Source: Solirubrobacteraceae bacterium (GTDB lineage: Bacteria > Actinomycetota > Thermoleophilia > Solirubrobacterales > Solirubrobacteraceae). From it: a stretch of 64,000 nucleotides of DNA. The stretch covers positions 33,368 through 97,367 of the forward strand of contig JBCJRT010000004.1 in NCBI GenBank assembly GCA_039745115.1, written 5' to 3'. Both the position numbers and the translations under genes were made by a program. Position 1 is the first letter of the stretch. The number at the start of each line of letters is the position of its first letter. Shown one piece after another: positions 16,862 through 25,939 of this stretch. The notes beneath the pieces are model-generated. The model had not been told where the DNA came from. It saw only the letters and a program-made list of their open reading frames with translations, and did no database searches.

Positions 16862-18351
16862 CAGTCGGCCGGTCCGGTCGGCGTGTTTGCAATGTCAGGC
16901 AGCGATTGCTTGCTGCACAGATTGGTCGGCTTGAACGGGATCTTCTGTCCGGCCGTCCAGGCCGGCTTGGTGCCCTGCGGCGCGCCGATGCTATTGCCAA
17001 AGAGCGGCTGGCCGACATTTAGGTTGCCGCCGGTGAGTTTGACCAGGTTGGGTCCGCCGCCAGCGTTCAGATGAACCATCTGACCGTTGCCGTCGAAGGC
17101 CTGTGATTCGCCGTTCAGGCCGACCATCGCATCCCAAAACTCCTGCGAGTTTGGCTTGCCGGTCGTGAAGGCGCCGTCCGGCACGACGATGTCGAGGGTT
17201 GGGATCAGCACCTTGCTGACGCACTGGGAGAAGTTCAGCGTCTGCGTCAGCAGCGGAATACTGGCGGCGCTGAGCTGCGCGAGGCTTTCGGTTGACGGCT
17301 GTAGATTGGCAGCAACGCCGCCCAGTTCAGCCTGCGAGACGAGCGGCGTTGCCTGCACGACCCATGGTGTCATCGCGTCGATCGTCGGCGGGATCTGCTC
17401 AACGCCGGGAACAAAGTCGACCGAGAACTGGGCTAGGCTCGGCAATGCTCTGTTGAGCGAGCCAAGGCTGGCGTAGGCGTTCTTGACGGTCGGGCCGAGC
17501 AGCCTGATCGACTCGCGCAGGGCGCTCTGCTGCGACGCGATCGCGCCCATCGTTGTGTTGAAGTTGGTAATCAGGTCGCCCAGCTGCGGCTCGCTGCCAA
17601 TCAGCTTGGTTGATGTTGCGGCGAGGCCGCGGATCAGGTCGGGCAGGTCCTGCTTGTCGATCCCCTGCAGCGCCTGGTTGACGAGCGCAGCGTTCTTCCA
17701 CGCCGACTCTGAATAGATCCACGACTGATTGAGCGCCTCGGCGGCCGTCTTGCCCTTGGTCATTGGCGGCTGCTGCGCGTCCTCGGCCGGCGTCGGCTCG
17801 TCGGTCAGGCCGGCGCCAAGCTCAATCAGCAGAACCTGCAGGTTCTTGCGTGTGTCCTGCTGCAGCGAGGTCAGCACCTGATCGAGCTGGACCGGGGTCG
17901 CCGTCTGCGCCGCCGGGATCGTGTCACCCTCCGAGATCGTCGGCGTTTGCGGCGTTCCCGGTTTCAGATCGACGAAGAAGTTGCCTTCGAGGAAGATCCG
18001 CGAGCGAATCTTCAGTTCGGCGTCCTTATGGATCGGCAGTCCCTTGTTCTGCATCTCGATCGTCACGACTGCGTTATTGGATCCTTCCTGGCCGTCAACA
18101 GCGACGACCTTGCCAACGTTGACGCCGGCGATCCGCACCGGCGAGCTGAGACGGATCGAGTTGGCTGAGCTGAATACAGCCTTGAACTGGAAAGGCTGAC
18201 TAAACGGGTTGTTCTTCGTGAAGCCGAAGTAGACGACCACGACGATCACGACGATCGCGATCAGCGCGACGACGATCGGATCTGCGCCGGTGCGGTCCTT
18301 ACGTAGCACGGTCGGCCGGGCATTCTTATCTTCGCGGCGCCGGAAGGCCAT
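16861..18351 (-). CDS. MCE-family protein, position 4 of 6
   Basis: 496 aa. TM helix plus MCE domain (AVFSSANSIRLSSPVRIAGVNVGKVVAVD). TAATG overlap with the upstream paralog. Confidence 0.9.
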   Translation of the reverse strand: MAFRRREDKNARPTVLRKDRTGADPIVVALIAIVVIVVVVYFGFTKNNPFSQPFQFKAVFSSANSIRLSSPVRIAGVNVGKVVAVDGQEGSNNAVVTIEMQNKGLPIHKDAELKIRSRIFLEGNFFVDLKPGTPQTPTISEGDTIPAAQTATPVQLDQVLTSLQQDTRKNLQVLLIELGAGLTDEPTPAEDAQQPPMTKGKTAAEALNQSWIYSESAWKNAALVNQALQGIDKQDLPDLIRGLAATSTKLIGSEPQLGDLITNFNTTMGAIASQQSALRESIRLLGPTVKNAYASLGSLNRALPSLAQFSVDFVPGVEQIPPTIDAMTPWVVQATPLVSQAELGGVAANLQPSTESLAQLSAASIPLLTQTLNFSQCVSKVLIPTLDIVVPDGAFTTGKPNSQEFWDAMVGLNGESQAFDGNGQMVHLNAGGGPNLVKLTGGNLNVGQPLFGNSIGAPQGTKPAWTAGQKIPFKPTNLCSKQSLPDIANTPTGPAD

Positions 18352-19829
18352 TACTTGCCCCCCGCCTTCGCTGGGAACGCGCCGCGGTTACCGGGGTTGG
18401 TTGCCGTATTGCCAATCTGCTTCTGACCGGCGATGTAAGCCTCGCGGCCGGCTTCACAGTCCTTCTTCGGCTGCCCTGGAGCGGCCGTGTAGGGGTAAGG
18501 GTTGCTGTGCAGGAAGCTGGCCGTGTCGGAGCCCGGAGGGCCACCGTTTGCGGGAGCGCTGGCTGGACTGCCCTCGCTGTTCGGCGCAAACGGCTCCGAT
18601 GTCGCGGGGTTGGCCGGGTCGAACAATCCGCCCGGGGTGCCCATAATCATCACGCGCTGCGCGGTGCCGGTGCTGCCGCCCTCACTGCCGATCTGCGCAA
18701 CGTTGCGCAGTAGCAGGCCAAGGTAGTTACAGGTTGTTTGCGCCGGTGTGACAAACGCCAGTGTCGGCTTCAGCAGACCAAACGTCTCCGTCAGGTCGAC
18801 GACGCCAAGCGTTGTGCGCGGGTCGGTTGTGAAGGTCTGAATCGCCGTGAAGGTCGTCGCCAGCTGCGTGTTGAAGGCCGGTAAGCGCTTGAAGACCGGG
18901 GCGCCAACTGTGACGATGCTGGCGAGGTATGGCGCGGCGTCAGTGAACGAAGCGATCCCTGGCTGCAACTCGTTGAAAAGCGTTGCGCTGTTGGCAAGGA
19001 AGGGACGGATTTTCGGCAGGTCGACGGTCGCTGTTTGGAGCGTCGCCGGCCCCTCAGTGATCGATTCCTGGATGTAGGGTCGCGCGACAGAGGCCAACGC
19101 TTGGAAGGTGGTGTCAAGGTTGACGAACAACTGGCCCTGAGTTTCGGCAACCGGCGCAACCTCGGCCGTGAACTGGGAAAGACCACGGACGAAACCGCGC
19201 AGGTCGGTGCGCTGGCTCGACAGATTGGCCATCAGCGGCGTGATCTCGATGGCAAACGAGCGCAGATTTTGAATCGCGAGGTTGAGGTCGGCGCCGCGCC
19301 CCGACAGAGCGTTGCCAAACCAAGTCAGGTTGGCCTGCATGGCGCGCCGCGTCGGCTCGTTAAACATGTCGAGGAACTCGTCGAGTTCGACCGGCGCTGG
19401 AGTCGCTTGCGCGAGTGACAGCGTTCCCCCGTTTGGCAGCCCCTGCTTGGAGTTGCCGCGCGTCAACTGAACGTATTTCAGACCGAGCGCGGAGCGCGGG
19501 CGGATCATCACCGTCGTGTTGCTGGGCACCGGCTCAACGACGCTGTTGAGCTTCAGCGTCAGCCGTGCAATGACCGAACCATCGGGCTGCGTTACCGGCT
19601 CAATCAGCGTGACTATGCCGACCCGCGTGCCGCCAACGCGAACCTCGTTGCCCTTGACTAAGCTGGCAGCGTTAGGGACCTCGACCTTGATGTTGTAGGA
19701 CGGCACAAACGGTAGGCCGCTGCCGGCGTTGTAAGCGAGGAAGACGAGGACGGAGACGACGAGCACCGTCACAGCGCCGATCAGCACCGGGTTTGCCGCG
19801 ATTGATGATCTTCTCCGGCCCGGGCTCAT
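18351..19829 (-). CDS. MCE-family protein, position 3 of 6
   Basis: 492 aa. TM helix plus MCE domain (VEVPNAASLVKGNEVRVGGTRVGIVTLIE). ATGA overlap with the upstream paralog. Confidence 0.9.
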   Translation of the reverse strand: MSPGRRRSSIAANPVLIGAVTVLVVSVLVFLAYNAGSGLPFVPSYNIKVEVPNAASLVKGNEVRVGGTRVGIVTLIEPVTQPDGSVIARLTLKLNSVVEPVPSNTTVMIRPRSALGLKYVQLTRGNSKQGLPNGGTLSLAQATPAPVELDEFLDMFNEPTRRAMQANLTWFGNALSGRGADLNLAIQNLRSFAIEITPLMANLSSQRTDLRGFVRGLSQFTAEVAPVAETQGQLFVNLDTTFQALASVARPYIQESITEGPATLQTATVDLPKIRPFLANSATLFNELQPGIASFTDAAPYLASIVTVGAPVFKRLPAFNTQLATTFTAIQTFTTDPRTTLGVVDLTETFGLLKPTLAFVTPAQTTCNYLGLLLRNVAQIGSEGGSTGTAQRVMIMGTPGGLFDPANPATSEPFAPNSEGSPASAPANGGPPGSDTASFLHSNPYPYTAAPGQPKKDCEAGREAYIAGQKQIGNTATNPGNRGAFPAKAGGK

Positions 19830-21253
19830 TTTCCAAGGAGGTAGTCGAGCAGGGCACGGGCAGACTGCGGGTCAACAGGCTTCGCGGCGCGCGGCCGAGC
19901 CGGGGCAGCGCCGGTTGACGGCGCCTGCGGCTGCGAGCGCGTACTTGCCGGCAGGCGTGGCGCTTTGACGGCGGTCGCCGGAGCCGCGGCGCTGGGGCCG
20001 AGGCTCGAGCTGGCGGAATTGATGCCGACGTTGAACTTGGCGTTGCAGTTGAGGTCGTTTATGGTGTAGAACGACTGGCAGGTCGTCGTCGTCAGGCGCG
20101 CCCGCAGGTAATGGCCGTATTCGTCGTAGCCGTTGAGCGACCCGGTCGTGTTGTAGATCAGCGTCATCAGGTTCTCAATCCCGCCGACGCTCTTCAGCGA
20201 ACTGAGCAGCGCCGCGAGGTTGGTGACGGTCGGCTTGGCGTTGGCGCCAAGTGGGCCAAGCTTCTGAACGAGCGGCAGCGAACTGACGAGCGCCGGACCG
20301 GCAACGTCGGACATGTCGCCAAGCGATATCAGCGCAGGGATGCCAGCCTCGTTGAATGCAGGCCCTCCGAGCGTGAAGGTGTTGAGCGAATCGGCTGCGC
20401 GATTTAGGTCGGTAAAGACCGGCGTCGCCGCGGTCGAGAAGTTGGCCAGCTGAACCATCGTTGGGCTCAGCTCGCGCAGGAAGCCAGGGAATCTTTGCAG
20501 GACCTGCGCAAGCGCTGCGCTCTTCTCGGCCGTAGCCTGCGCCGTGTAGCCGGATGAGTTGATGAAGCCAGCAATCTGCTTGCTGTTGCGTGCCAGCGGC
20601 TCCAGAACGGTTGAACCGTTGACTGCCAGCGCGCCCAGCTGCTTGTTCTGGCGGGCGAGGATGCCAAGCACATCGCCAAACTCTTTCAGCGCCGGGTCGG
20701 TCACCTTCAGCGCCGCGTTCAGCTCCTGCCCGTTCCCGGCCAGCGCCGTGCCCAACTCGTTCAGGATGATTGTGAAGCGCTCGCGGTAAGGCAGCCGCAT
20801 CACGTTGTTGATCAGGTCGAGATCGACCGAAGTCGCGGTCCGCGACGAGGGCAGCAGGTACTGGCCCGCCCCAGGCCCCGAGGCGATCGCCGTCAGCAGT
20901 GGCGGCTGCGGCAAACTTGGTGGCAGCGGCTCCTCCGGCTGGCAGTCGACGTAGCGCTCGCCAATCAGCGACTGCGGCTGGATTCGGCAGAAGGCATTTT
21001 CGCGAAAGTCGTGGTAGCTGGCGTTCTCGATATTGAGGATTACCGCCGCCTTGTGGTCGGGCGTCAGCTCCAGCGCCTCGATCGCGCCAACGCGGACGCC
21101 GGCAATCTTGACGTCCATGCCGGGGATCACGAAGGCAGCGTTGTTGAAGATCGCACGGACGCGGTAGGTACCGCTGTCACGGGAGCCGAAGGCAACCACA
21201 ATCAGCGCAACGGCAACGCTGCAGGCGACGATAATCGCGATTGCGCGCTTCAC
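19826..21253 (-). CDS. MCE-family protein, position 2 of 6
   Basis: TM helix plus MCE domain (IFNNAAFVIPGMDVKIAGVRVGAIEAL). I prefer the GTG start at 21253, which has GGGGAG 9 nt upstream. The ORF-track TTG at 21262 is the alternative. Confidence 0.88.
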   Translation of the reverse strand: MKRAIAIIVACSVAVALIVVAFGSRDSGTYRVRAIFNNAAFVIPGMDVKIAGVRVGAIEALELTPDHKAAVILNIENASYHDFRENAFCRIQPQSLIGERYVDCQPEEPLPPSLPQPPLLTAIASGPGAGQYLLPSSRTATSVDLDLINNVMRLPYRERFTIILNELGTALAGNGQELNAALKVTDPALKEFGDVLGILARQNKQLGALAVNGSTVLEPLARNSKQIAGFINSSGYTAQATAEKSAALAQVLQRFPGFLRELSPTMVQLANFSTAATPVFTDLNRAADSLNTFTLGGPAFNEAGIPALISLGDMSDVAGPALVSSLPLVQKLGPLGANAKPTVTNLAALLSSLKSVGGIENLMTLIYNTTGSLNGYDEYGHYLRARLTTTTCQSFYTINDLNCNAKFNVGINSASSSLGPSAAAPATAVKAPRLPASTRSQPQAPSTGAAPARPRAAKPVDPQSARALLDYLLGK

Positions 21254-21255
21254 CG

Positions 21256-22617
21256 CTACCAACTCCCCGGTGGGACAATCGCGGGGTTACAGGCCGACAG
21301 CACCGGCGGCGCGCCGGCCGGATAGACGTAGCTTTCCTGCCACGGCGCACTGCCGTCGGGCGGCGCCTGCGTCGCCGCGCCTGGGCAGCGCGGCACGTAT
21401 GCCGGGCCGTTCTGCTCCCAAGCGTCGCGGTTGACGCCGAGGTAATCGAGCGAGCTGCCGTTGTAGTTAAAGGCGCCAAAGGCTGGCGTTGCCCGGGCGT
21501 AATGGCCGTTGGCGTCGTAGTTGCTGGTGCTCTGGCCAAAGTCGCGCAGGAGGCCGATCAGCTCAGGCGCGTAGGGTCGCGCGTAGGAGAGCGTCGGCAG
21601 CGAGTCGTTGATCGCCGTGATCGCTGCCGGGAAGGCGCTTTGCGCGCGGCTATTCAGCGTCGGCGCATTCTGCATTAGCGACGTGAAGTCGTTGTTCGCG
21701 CCAGGCTTGCTGACTGTCAGCGCAAGGTCGGTGAAGGTCGGCTTGGCCTGGGTGAGCAGCGGATAAAGGGTCCTCAGGAACGGGGCCAGGTTCTTCGTCG
21801 CTGGCATCGAGGCGGCGACCAGCTGGTCGACTGAGTTAAGTGTTGTCCGCAGATTGACGAAGGTTGTGCTGCCGCGCCGCAGCGTTTGCGGCAGGTATGC
21901 GAGCGCCTGCGCCAGCGACTCGTTCTCATCGCCAATCGCGCCGAGGCTGGTATTGGCGTTGCTGACCAGTTCGGTCAGCGTCGGCTCCTTAGCCGCCAAC
22001 GTGCCAACGACCGACGAGGTGCTCTGGACCATCTGCTCAAGCGCCGGCTGATCACTGTTCAGCTTCTCAAGCAGGCCGATCGTCGAGTTCAGCGCCGGCG
22101 ACAGGTAAGGCAAAGCGGCGTGGGCATCGACACCGCGGCTTCGGTACCAGGTGCCGAAGCCCTGAATCACTTCGGCCAGACCTTTCGAGGTCTTCGGATC
22201 GAGCGTGTTGAACAGCTGGTCGAGGTCGACGATTGTCGTCGTCTTCTCAACCGGGATCGTCTCGCCTTCGGAGATCAACGCAGCGTTCTGTGGGCCAGGC
22301 GTAAGCGCGATGTAACGGTTGGCTACGCCGGACAGCGAGGTCGCTCGCATGATCGCCGTCGTCCCCTCGTGCAGCGGCGCGTAGGGCTTCTCAACTTCGA
22401 TCGTGATCTTGGCCTGGTTGTTGTCGGTCAGTTTGATCTCGGCGACGCGACCAACGCGCCGGCCACCGACCTGAACGTCGTTGTCTTTGATCAGCTGCCC
22501 GGCCGTTTCGAAGGTCAGGACGTAGGTCGCATTGGAGCTGCTGCCGAACAGCACGATGCCAACGAGGACGACCGCGACCGCGGCGACGAGCAGCGTCACT
22601 AGGCGAGCCGGCTTCAT
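21256..22617 (-). CDS. MCE-family protein, position 1 of 6
   Basis: 453 aa. TM helix plus MCE domain (FETAGQLIKDNDVQVGGRRVGRVAEIKL). Confidence 0.9.
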   Translation of the reverse strand: MKPARLVTLLVAAVAVVLVGIVLFGSSSNATYVLTFETAGQLIKDNDVQVGGRRVGRVAEIKLTDNNQAKITIEVEKPYAPLHEGTTAIMRATSLSGVANRYIALTPGPQNAALISEGETIPVEKTTTIVDLDQLFNTLDPKTSKGLAEVIQGFGTWYRSRGVDAHAALPYLSPALNSTIGLLEKLNSDQPALEQMVQSTSSVVGTLAAKEPTLTELVSNANTSLGAIGDENESLAQALAYLPQTLRRGSTTFVNLRTTLNSVDQLVAASMPATKNLAPFLRTLYPLLTQAKPTFTDLALTVSKPGANNDFTSLMQNAPTLNSRAQSAFPAAITAINDSLPTLSYARPYAPELIGLLRDFGQSTSNYDANGHYARATPAFGAFNYNGSSLDYLGVNRDAWEQNGPAYVPRCPGAATQAPPDGSAPWQESYVYPAGAPPVLSACNPAIVPPGSW

Positions 22618-22662
22618 GCCCGTTCGCCTGCCGTCATCGATGTCGGCTCGCGTTTAATCGTG

Positions 22663-23541
22663 TTACTCCATCCCCAACGGACCGTGCGCGGAGCCGGACA
22701 GGAACTGGCGCACAAAGTCATTCTCGGAGTTGAACAACTCTTCGGCCGGCCCCGACTCAACGACCCGCCCGCGCCACAGCACGGCGATGTACTCGGCGAC
22801 GCGGCGGGCGCTCATGATGTCGTGCGTAATCACCGTGTAGGAGCCGCCGTTCTCGTTGTGGATCTCCTGGATCAGCTCGCAGAGCAGCGCTGTGCGGACA
22901 GGGTCGAGGCCGGAATCCGGCTCGTCGAAGAGGACAATGTCGGGGTCGAGCACCAGCGCCCGTGCAAAGCCGGCTCGCTTGCGCATGCCGCCCGACAGCT
23001 CGTTCGGCATCTTGTCGCCGGCATCCGTCAGGCCGACCTCGGCAAGGCGACGGTCGACGATCTCCATTATCTCTTCCTCGGACTTGTCGGTGTGCTGACG
23101 CAGCGGGAAGGCAACGTTGTCGAGCAGGTTCATCGAGCCGAACAGGGCGCCGTCCTGAAACAGCACGCCAAACTTCTTGCGCATATCAAACAGTTCCTCG
23201 TCGCGCAGGTTTGGCACCGACTGGCCGTGGACGACAACGTCGCCATCGTCGGGGTAAAGCAAGCCGACCATGTGCTTGATGCAGACCGACTTGCCGGTGC
23301 CTGACGGGCCGATGATCATCGAGATCTGGCCTTCCGGCAGTCCCATGTTGAGGCCTTTGAGGACCTTGTTGCGGCCGAAGGCCTTGTGCACGTTGATGAA
23401 CTCAACCGCGTCCGGCGCGCCGGTCGGGCGGTTCAGGCCGCTGTGCCAGCGGTACTCCTCGTCGCCGCTCGGCTCATCCTGATGGACTACTTTGACCCGT
23501 TCAATCGGCTCGACCGGATCCTTCTCTTCATTCTCAGCCAT
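22663..23541 (-). CDS. ABC transporter ATP-binding protein, MlaF/Mkl(MceG)-type
   Basis: 292 aa. Walker A GPSGTGKS, ABC signature LSGGMRKR, Walker B IVLFDEPDSGLD. An acidic extension of about 40 aa precedes the ABC core. Confidence 0.9.
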   Translation of the reverse strand: MAENEEKDPVEPIERVKVVHQDEPSGDEEYRWHSGLNRPTGAPDAVEFINVHKAFGRNKVLKGLNMGLPEGQISMIIGPSGTGKSVCIKHMVGLLYPDDGDVVVHGQSVPNLRDEELFDMRKKFGVLFQDGALFGSMNLLDNVAFPLRQHTDKSEEEIMEIVDRRLAEVGLTDAGDKMPNELSGGMRKRAGFARALVLDPDIVLFDEPDSGLDPVRTALLCELIQEIHNENGGSYTVITHDIMSARRVAEYIAVLWRGRVVESGPAEELFNSENDFVRQFLSGSAHGPLGME

Positions 23542-23544
23542 CTC

Positions 23545-24348
23545 TCAGCCTCCGATCGGTGCGCGTGGATTTGCTCCCCAGAAGAGCTGCGTGCCGAGCA
23601 TCCCGATCAGATGCACAAGCACGATGTTGAGGACCATTGACTTGGCCGTTGCCGTGCCGACCCCGACCGGCCCGCCGCTGGCCGTATAGCCGTAGTAACA
23701 GCCGACCAGCACGATCACGGTCGCCATCGACATCGCCTTGATCGCGCTGAACAACAGGTCGGGAGGGTTCTGGAACTGCCAGAAGATCAACGAGTAGCCA
23801 CCCTGCGAAACCTCGCCAATCTGGACCACGACAGCGAGGTAGCTGGCGGCGAAGCCGACGCCGACGGCTGAGATGTAAAGAAACGGCAGAACCATCCAAG
23901 CCGCCAGCAGACGCGACGCGCAGAGGAAGGTCATCGAGTCGATACCCATCACTTCGAGCGCGTCGATCTCGTCGGTGATCCGCATCGAGCCGATCTCGGC
24001 GACGATGCCGGTGCCGACCTTGGCGGCCATCATGTAGCCGAAGGCGTATGGCACCAGCTCGCGCAGGTCGCACCAGGCGGCGAAGACGCCGGCGTAGGCC
24101 GGTGCTCCGACCGAGCGGTTGAAGTAGGCGCCCTCAATCCCGCACTGCAGGCCGATAAAGAAGACGAGCCCCCAGATGACTAGTGCTGAGGAGACGATCA
24201 GCAGGCCCGCCTGGCGCAGCGTCTCGCCGAAGAACTTCAGCACCTTCAGGCCAACAACCTCTTTGACGACGGTGATGGAGAACTTCGTGATCTCGCCAAA
24301 CGAGCTGAGCCATTCGCGCGGCACTGACATCCAGCTGTTGGGATTCAT
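23545..24348 (-). CDS. MlaE/YrbE-type ABC permease (second of two)
   Basis: 267 aa, polytopic. ITDEIDALEVMGIDSMTFLCASRLLA is typical of MlaE/YrbE. The stop lies 3 nt from the ATPase start. Confidence 0.9.
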   Translation of the reverse strand: MNPNSWMSVPREWLSSFGEITKFSITVVKEVVGLKVLKFFGETLRQAGLLIVSSALVIWGLVFFIGLQCGIEGAYFNRSVGAPAYAGVFAAWCDLRELVPYAFGYMMAAKVGTGIVAEIGSMRITDEIDALEVMGIDSMTFLCASRLLAAWMVLPFLYISAVGVGFAASYLAVVVQIGEVSQGGYSLIFWQFQNPPDLLFSAIKAMSMATVIVLVGCYYGYTASGGPVGVGTATAKSMVLNIVLVHLIGMLGTQLFWGANPRAPIGG

Positions 24349-24360
24349 TGCCGCCAGCCC

Positions 24361-25170
24361 CTAACGGATTATGTTGATCTCGGGGTGGGTCGCCAGCAGC
24401 GTCTGTGTGAAGACGTAGTTGAAGGCGAAGATGCCAAGGAACGAGATCACGACCGCCTGGTTGACGGCGCGGCCGACGCCTGCCGCACCGCCCGACGTCG
24501 TCATGCCCTTGTAGCAGCAGACGATCGCGATGATCGCGCCGTAACAGAAGCACTTCAGGATCGAGCCCCACAGGTCGGTCACCGAGGCGTTCGTGAAGAA
24601 GGTTGCCCAGAACGGCCCGAGCGGTGCGTGATAGACGAGCGTCGCGATGAGGCCGCCGAAGATGCCGAACACCAGCGCGTAGATGTCAAACAGTCCGGTG
24701 ATGATCATCAGCGCCAGGAAGCGCGGCACGACGAGGTTCTTGACCGGGTCGACGCCGAGTACCTGAAGCGCGTCGAGCTCCTCGCGGATCTTGCGTGCGC
24801 CGAGGTCGGCCGTGATCGCCGTGCCGGCAACTCCCGCCAGCACAATCGCCGTTACCAGCGGTGCAAACTCACGGATTGAAGCGAGCACGAAGAAGCCTCC
24901 GAGCCGGTCCAAAGCGCCGAATAAAACGAGGAAGTTGGCTGCCTGCAGCCCCGGCGCGCCGTAGCCAAAAGCAACGGTCGAGATCAGTAGCGGGAACCAG
25001 CAGAGCTTCAGCGCGAAGAGGAACTGCTGGATGAATTCGCCGCCGTACGGATAGGGCGGACGGATCGCCGAGACGATCGTCTTGCCGGTCAGGATCATCA
25101 TGTCGCCGACCTGTTCGAAGAAGTCGCGCGCAGGGGCGATCGTTCGTTCAGCGGTACTTCGAGCCATCAT
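24361..25170 (-). CDS. MlaE/YrbE-type ABC permease (first of two)
   Basis: IREELDALQVLGVDPVKNLVVPRFLA. I set the start at the ATGATG doublet (25170/25167) because GGAGGG precedes it. The ORF-track start at 25194 has no SD. Confidence 0.9.
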   Translation of the reverse strand: MMARSTAERTIAPARDFFEQVGDMMILTGKTIVSAIRPPYPYGGEFIQQFLFALKLCWFPLLISTVAFGYGAPGLQAANFLVLFGALDRLGGFFVLASIREFAPLVTAIVLAGVAGTAITADLGARKIREELDALQVLGVDPVKNLVVPRFLALMIITGLFDIYALVFGIFGGLIATLVYHAPLGPFWATFFTNASVTDLWGSILKCFCYGAIIAIVCCYKGMTTSGGAAGVGRAVNQAVVISFLGIFAFNYVFTQTLLATHPEINIIR

Positions 25171-25242
25171 CCCTCCTCTCCGTTGGCGCCTCAATCACCC
25201 TCGCGACCTGCGTAATCATCGGATACTACGGCAGGCGGCGGA

Positions 25243-25260
25243 GTAGCCGCAAGCGGCTAC
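25243..25260. promoter_or_regulatory. Perfect 18-bp palindrome, candidate operator in the mce/lipoprotein divergent spacer
   Basis: GTAGCCGC-AA-GCGGCTAC, with 8+8 perfect inverted arms. It lies 73-90 nt from the yrbE start and 71-88 nt from the divergent lipoprotein start. Confidence 0.35.
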
Positions 25261-25317
25261 CGCAATACTGCGCGAGCGGGCGCGCCAAAGCTCGCCTGCG
25301 CGTCCGCCGTGCTGTGC

Positions 25318-25323
25318 TAGCGT
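25318..25323 (+). promoter_or_regulatory. Candidate -10 hexamer (TAGCGT) placed for a leaderless lipoprotein transcript
   Basis: TAGCGT ends 7 nt upstream of the GTG at 25331. No SD is present. Confidence 0.3.
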
Positions 25324-25330
25324 CGCCGTT

Positions 25331-25927
25331 GTGAGCAGCAGCGCGGCGCCGAATATCACGCGTGGGTTGATCGCAGCGGCAGCGCTGCTGGCGCTGAGCG
25401 TCGTCGTTGGCTGCGGCTCCAGCGAGCCGCAGGATGCGAACGAGCGATCAGGCGATTACCCGGTCGAGGTGACGAAGGTTTCGTTCCCGCGCCGTCAGGG
25501 GCTGGGCGAAACGTCGCAACTCAAGATCACCGTCAGCAACGTCGGCAGGCAGCAGATTCCGAACATCGCGCTGACCGTGAACGGGCTCAACTACCGCACT
25601 ACAGAGCCCGACGTCGCCGATCCGCTGCGACCACTATGGGTCGTCAACGCGGGGCCACTGGACGGCACCACGGCCTACGTCAACACCTGGGCGCTTGGGG
25701 CGCTGAACGCTGGCGATGAGCGCAGCTTCATTTGGTCGCTGAGCGCAACTCAGCCCGGCACACACACGCTCGACTACCGCGTCGCGGCCGGCCTCAACGG
25801 CAAAGCGCGGGCCGTCACTGCCAGCGGCACCGTGGCTGCCGGCACGATCACCACCAACGTGACAAGACGCCCCCGCGATGCTGTCGTGGACCCGGCCAGC
25901 GGCAAGGTGATTGAGCGCGGCCAGTAG
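25331..25927 (+). CDS. Hypothetical lipoprotein with Ig/CARDB-like beta-rich domain
   Basis: 198 aa with a GTG start. Signal peptide with lipobox VVGC (LALSVVVGCGSSE). The mature part is beta-rich (VTKVSFPRRQGLGETSQLKITVSNVGRQQIPNIALTVNGL). Confidence 0.6.
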   Translation: MSSSAAPNITRGLIAAAALLALSVVVGCGSSEPQDANERSGDYPVEVTKVSFPRRQGLGETSQLKITVSNVGRQQIPNIALTVNGLNYRTTEPDVADPLRPLWVVNAGPLDGTTAYVNTWALGALNAGDERSFIWSLSATQPGTHTLDYRVAAGLNGKARAVTASGTVAAGTITTNVTRRPRDAVVDPASGKVIERGQ

Positions 25928-25939
25928 CCGCGCCGCTCG

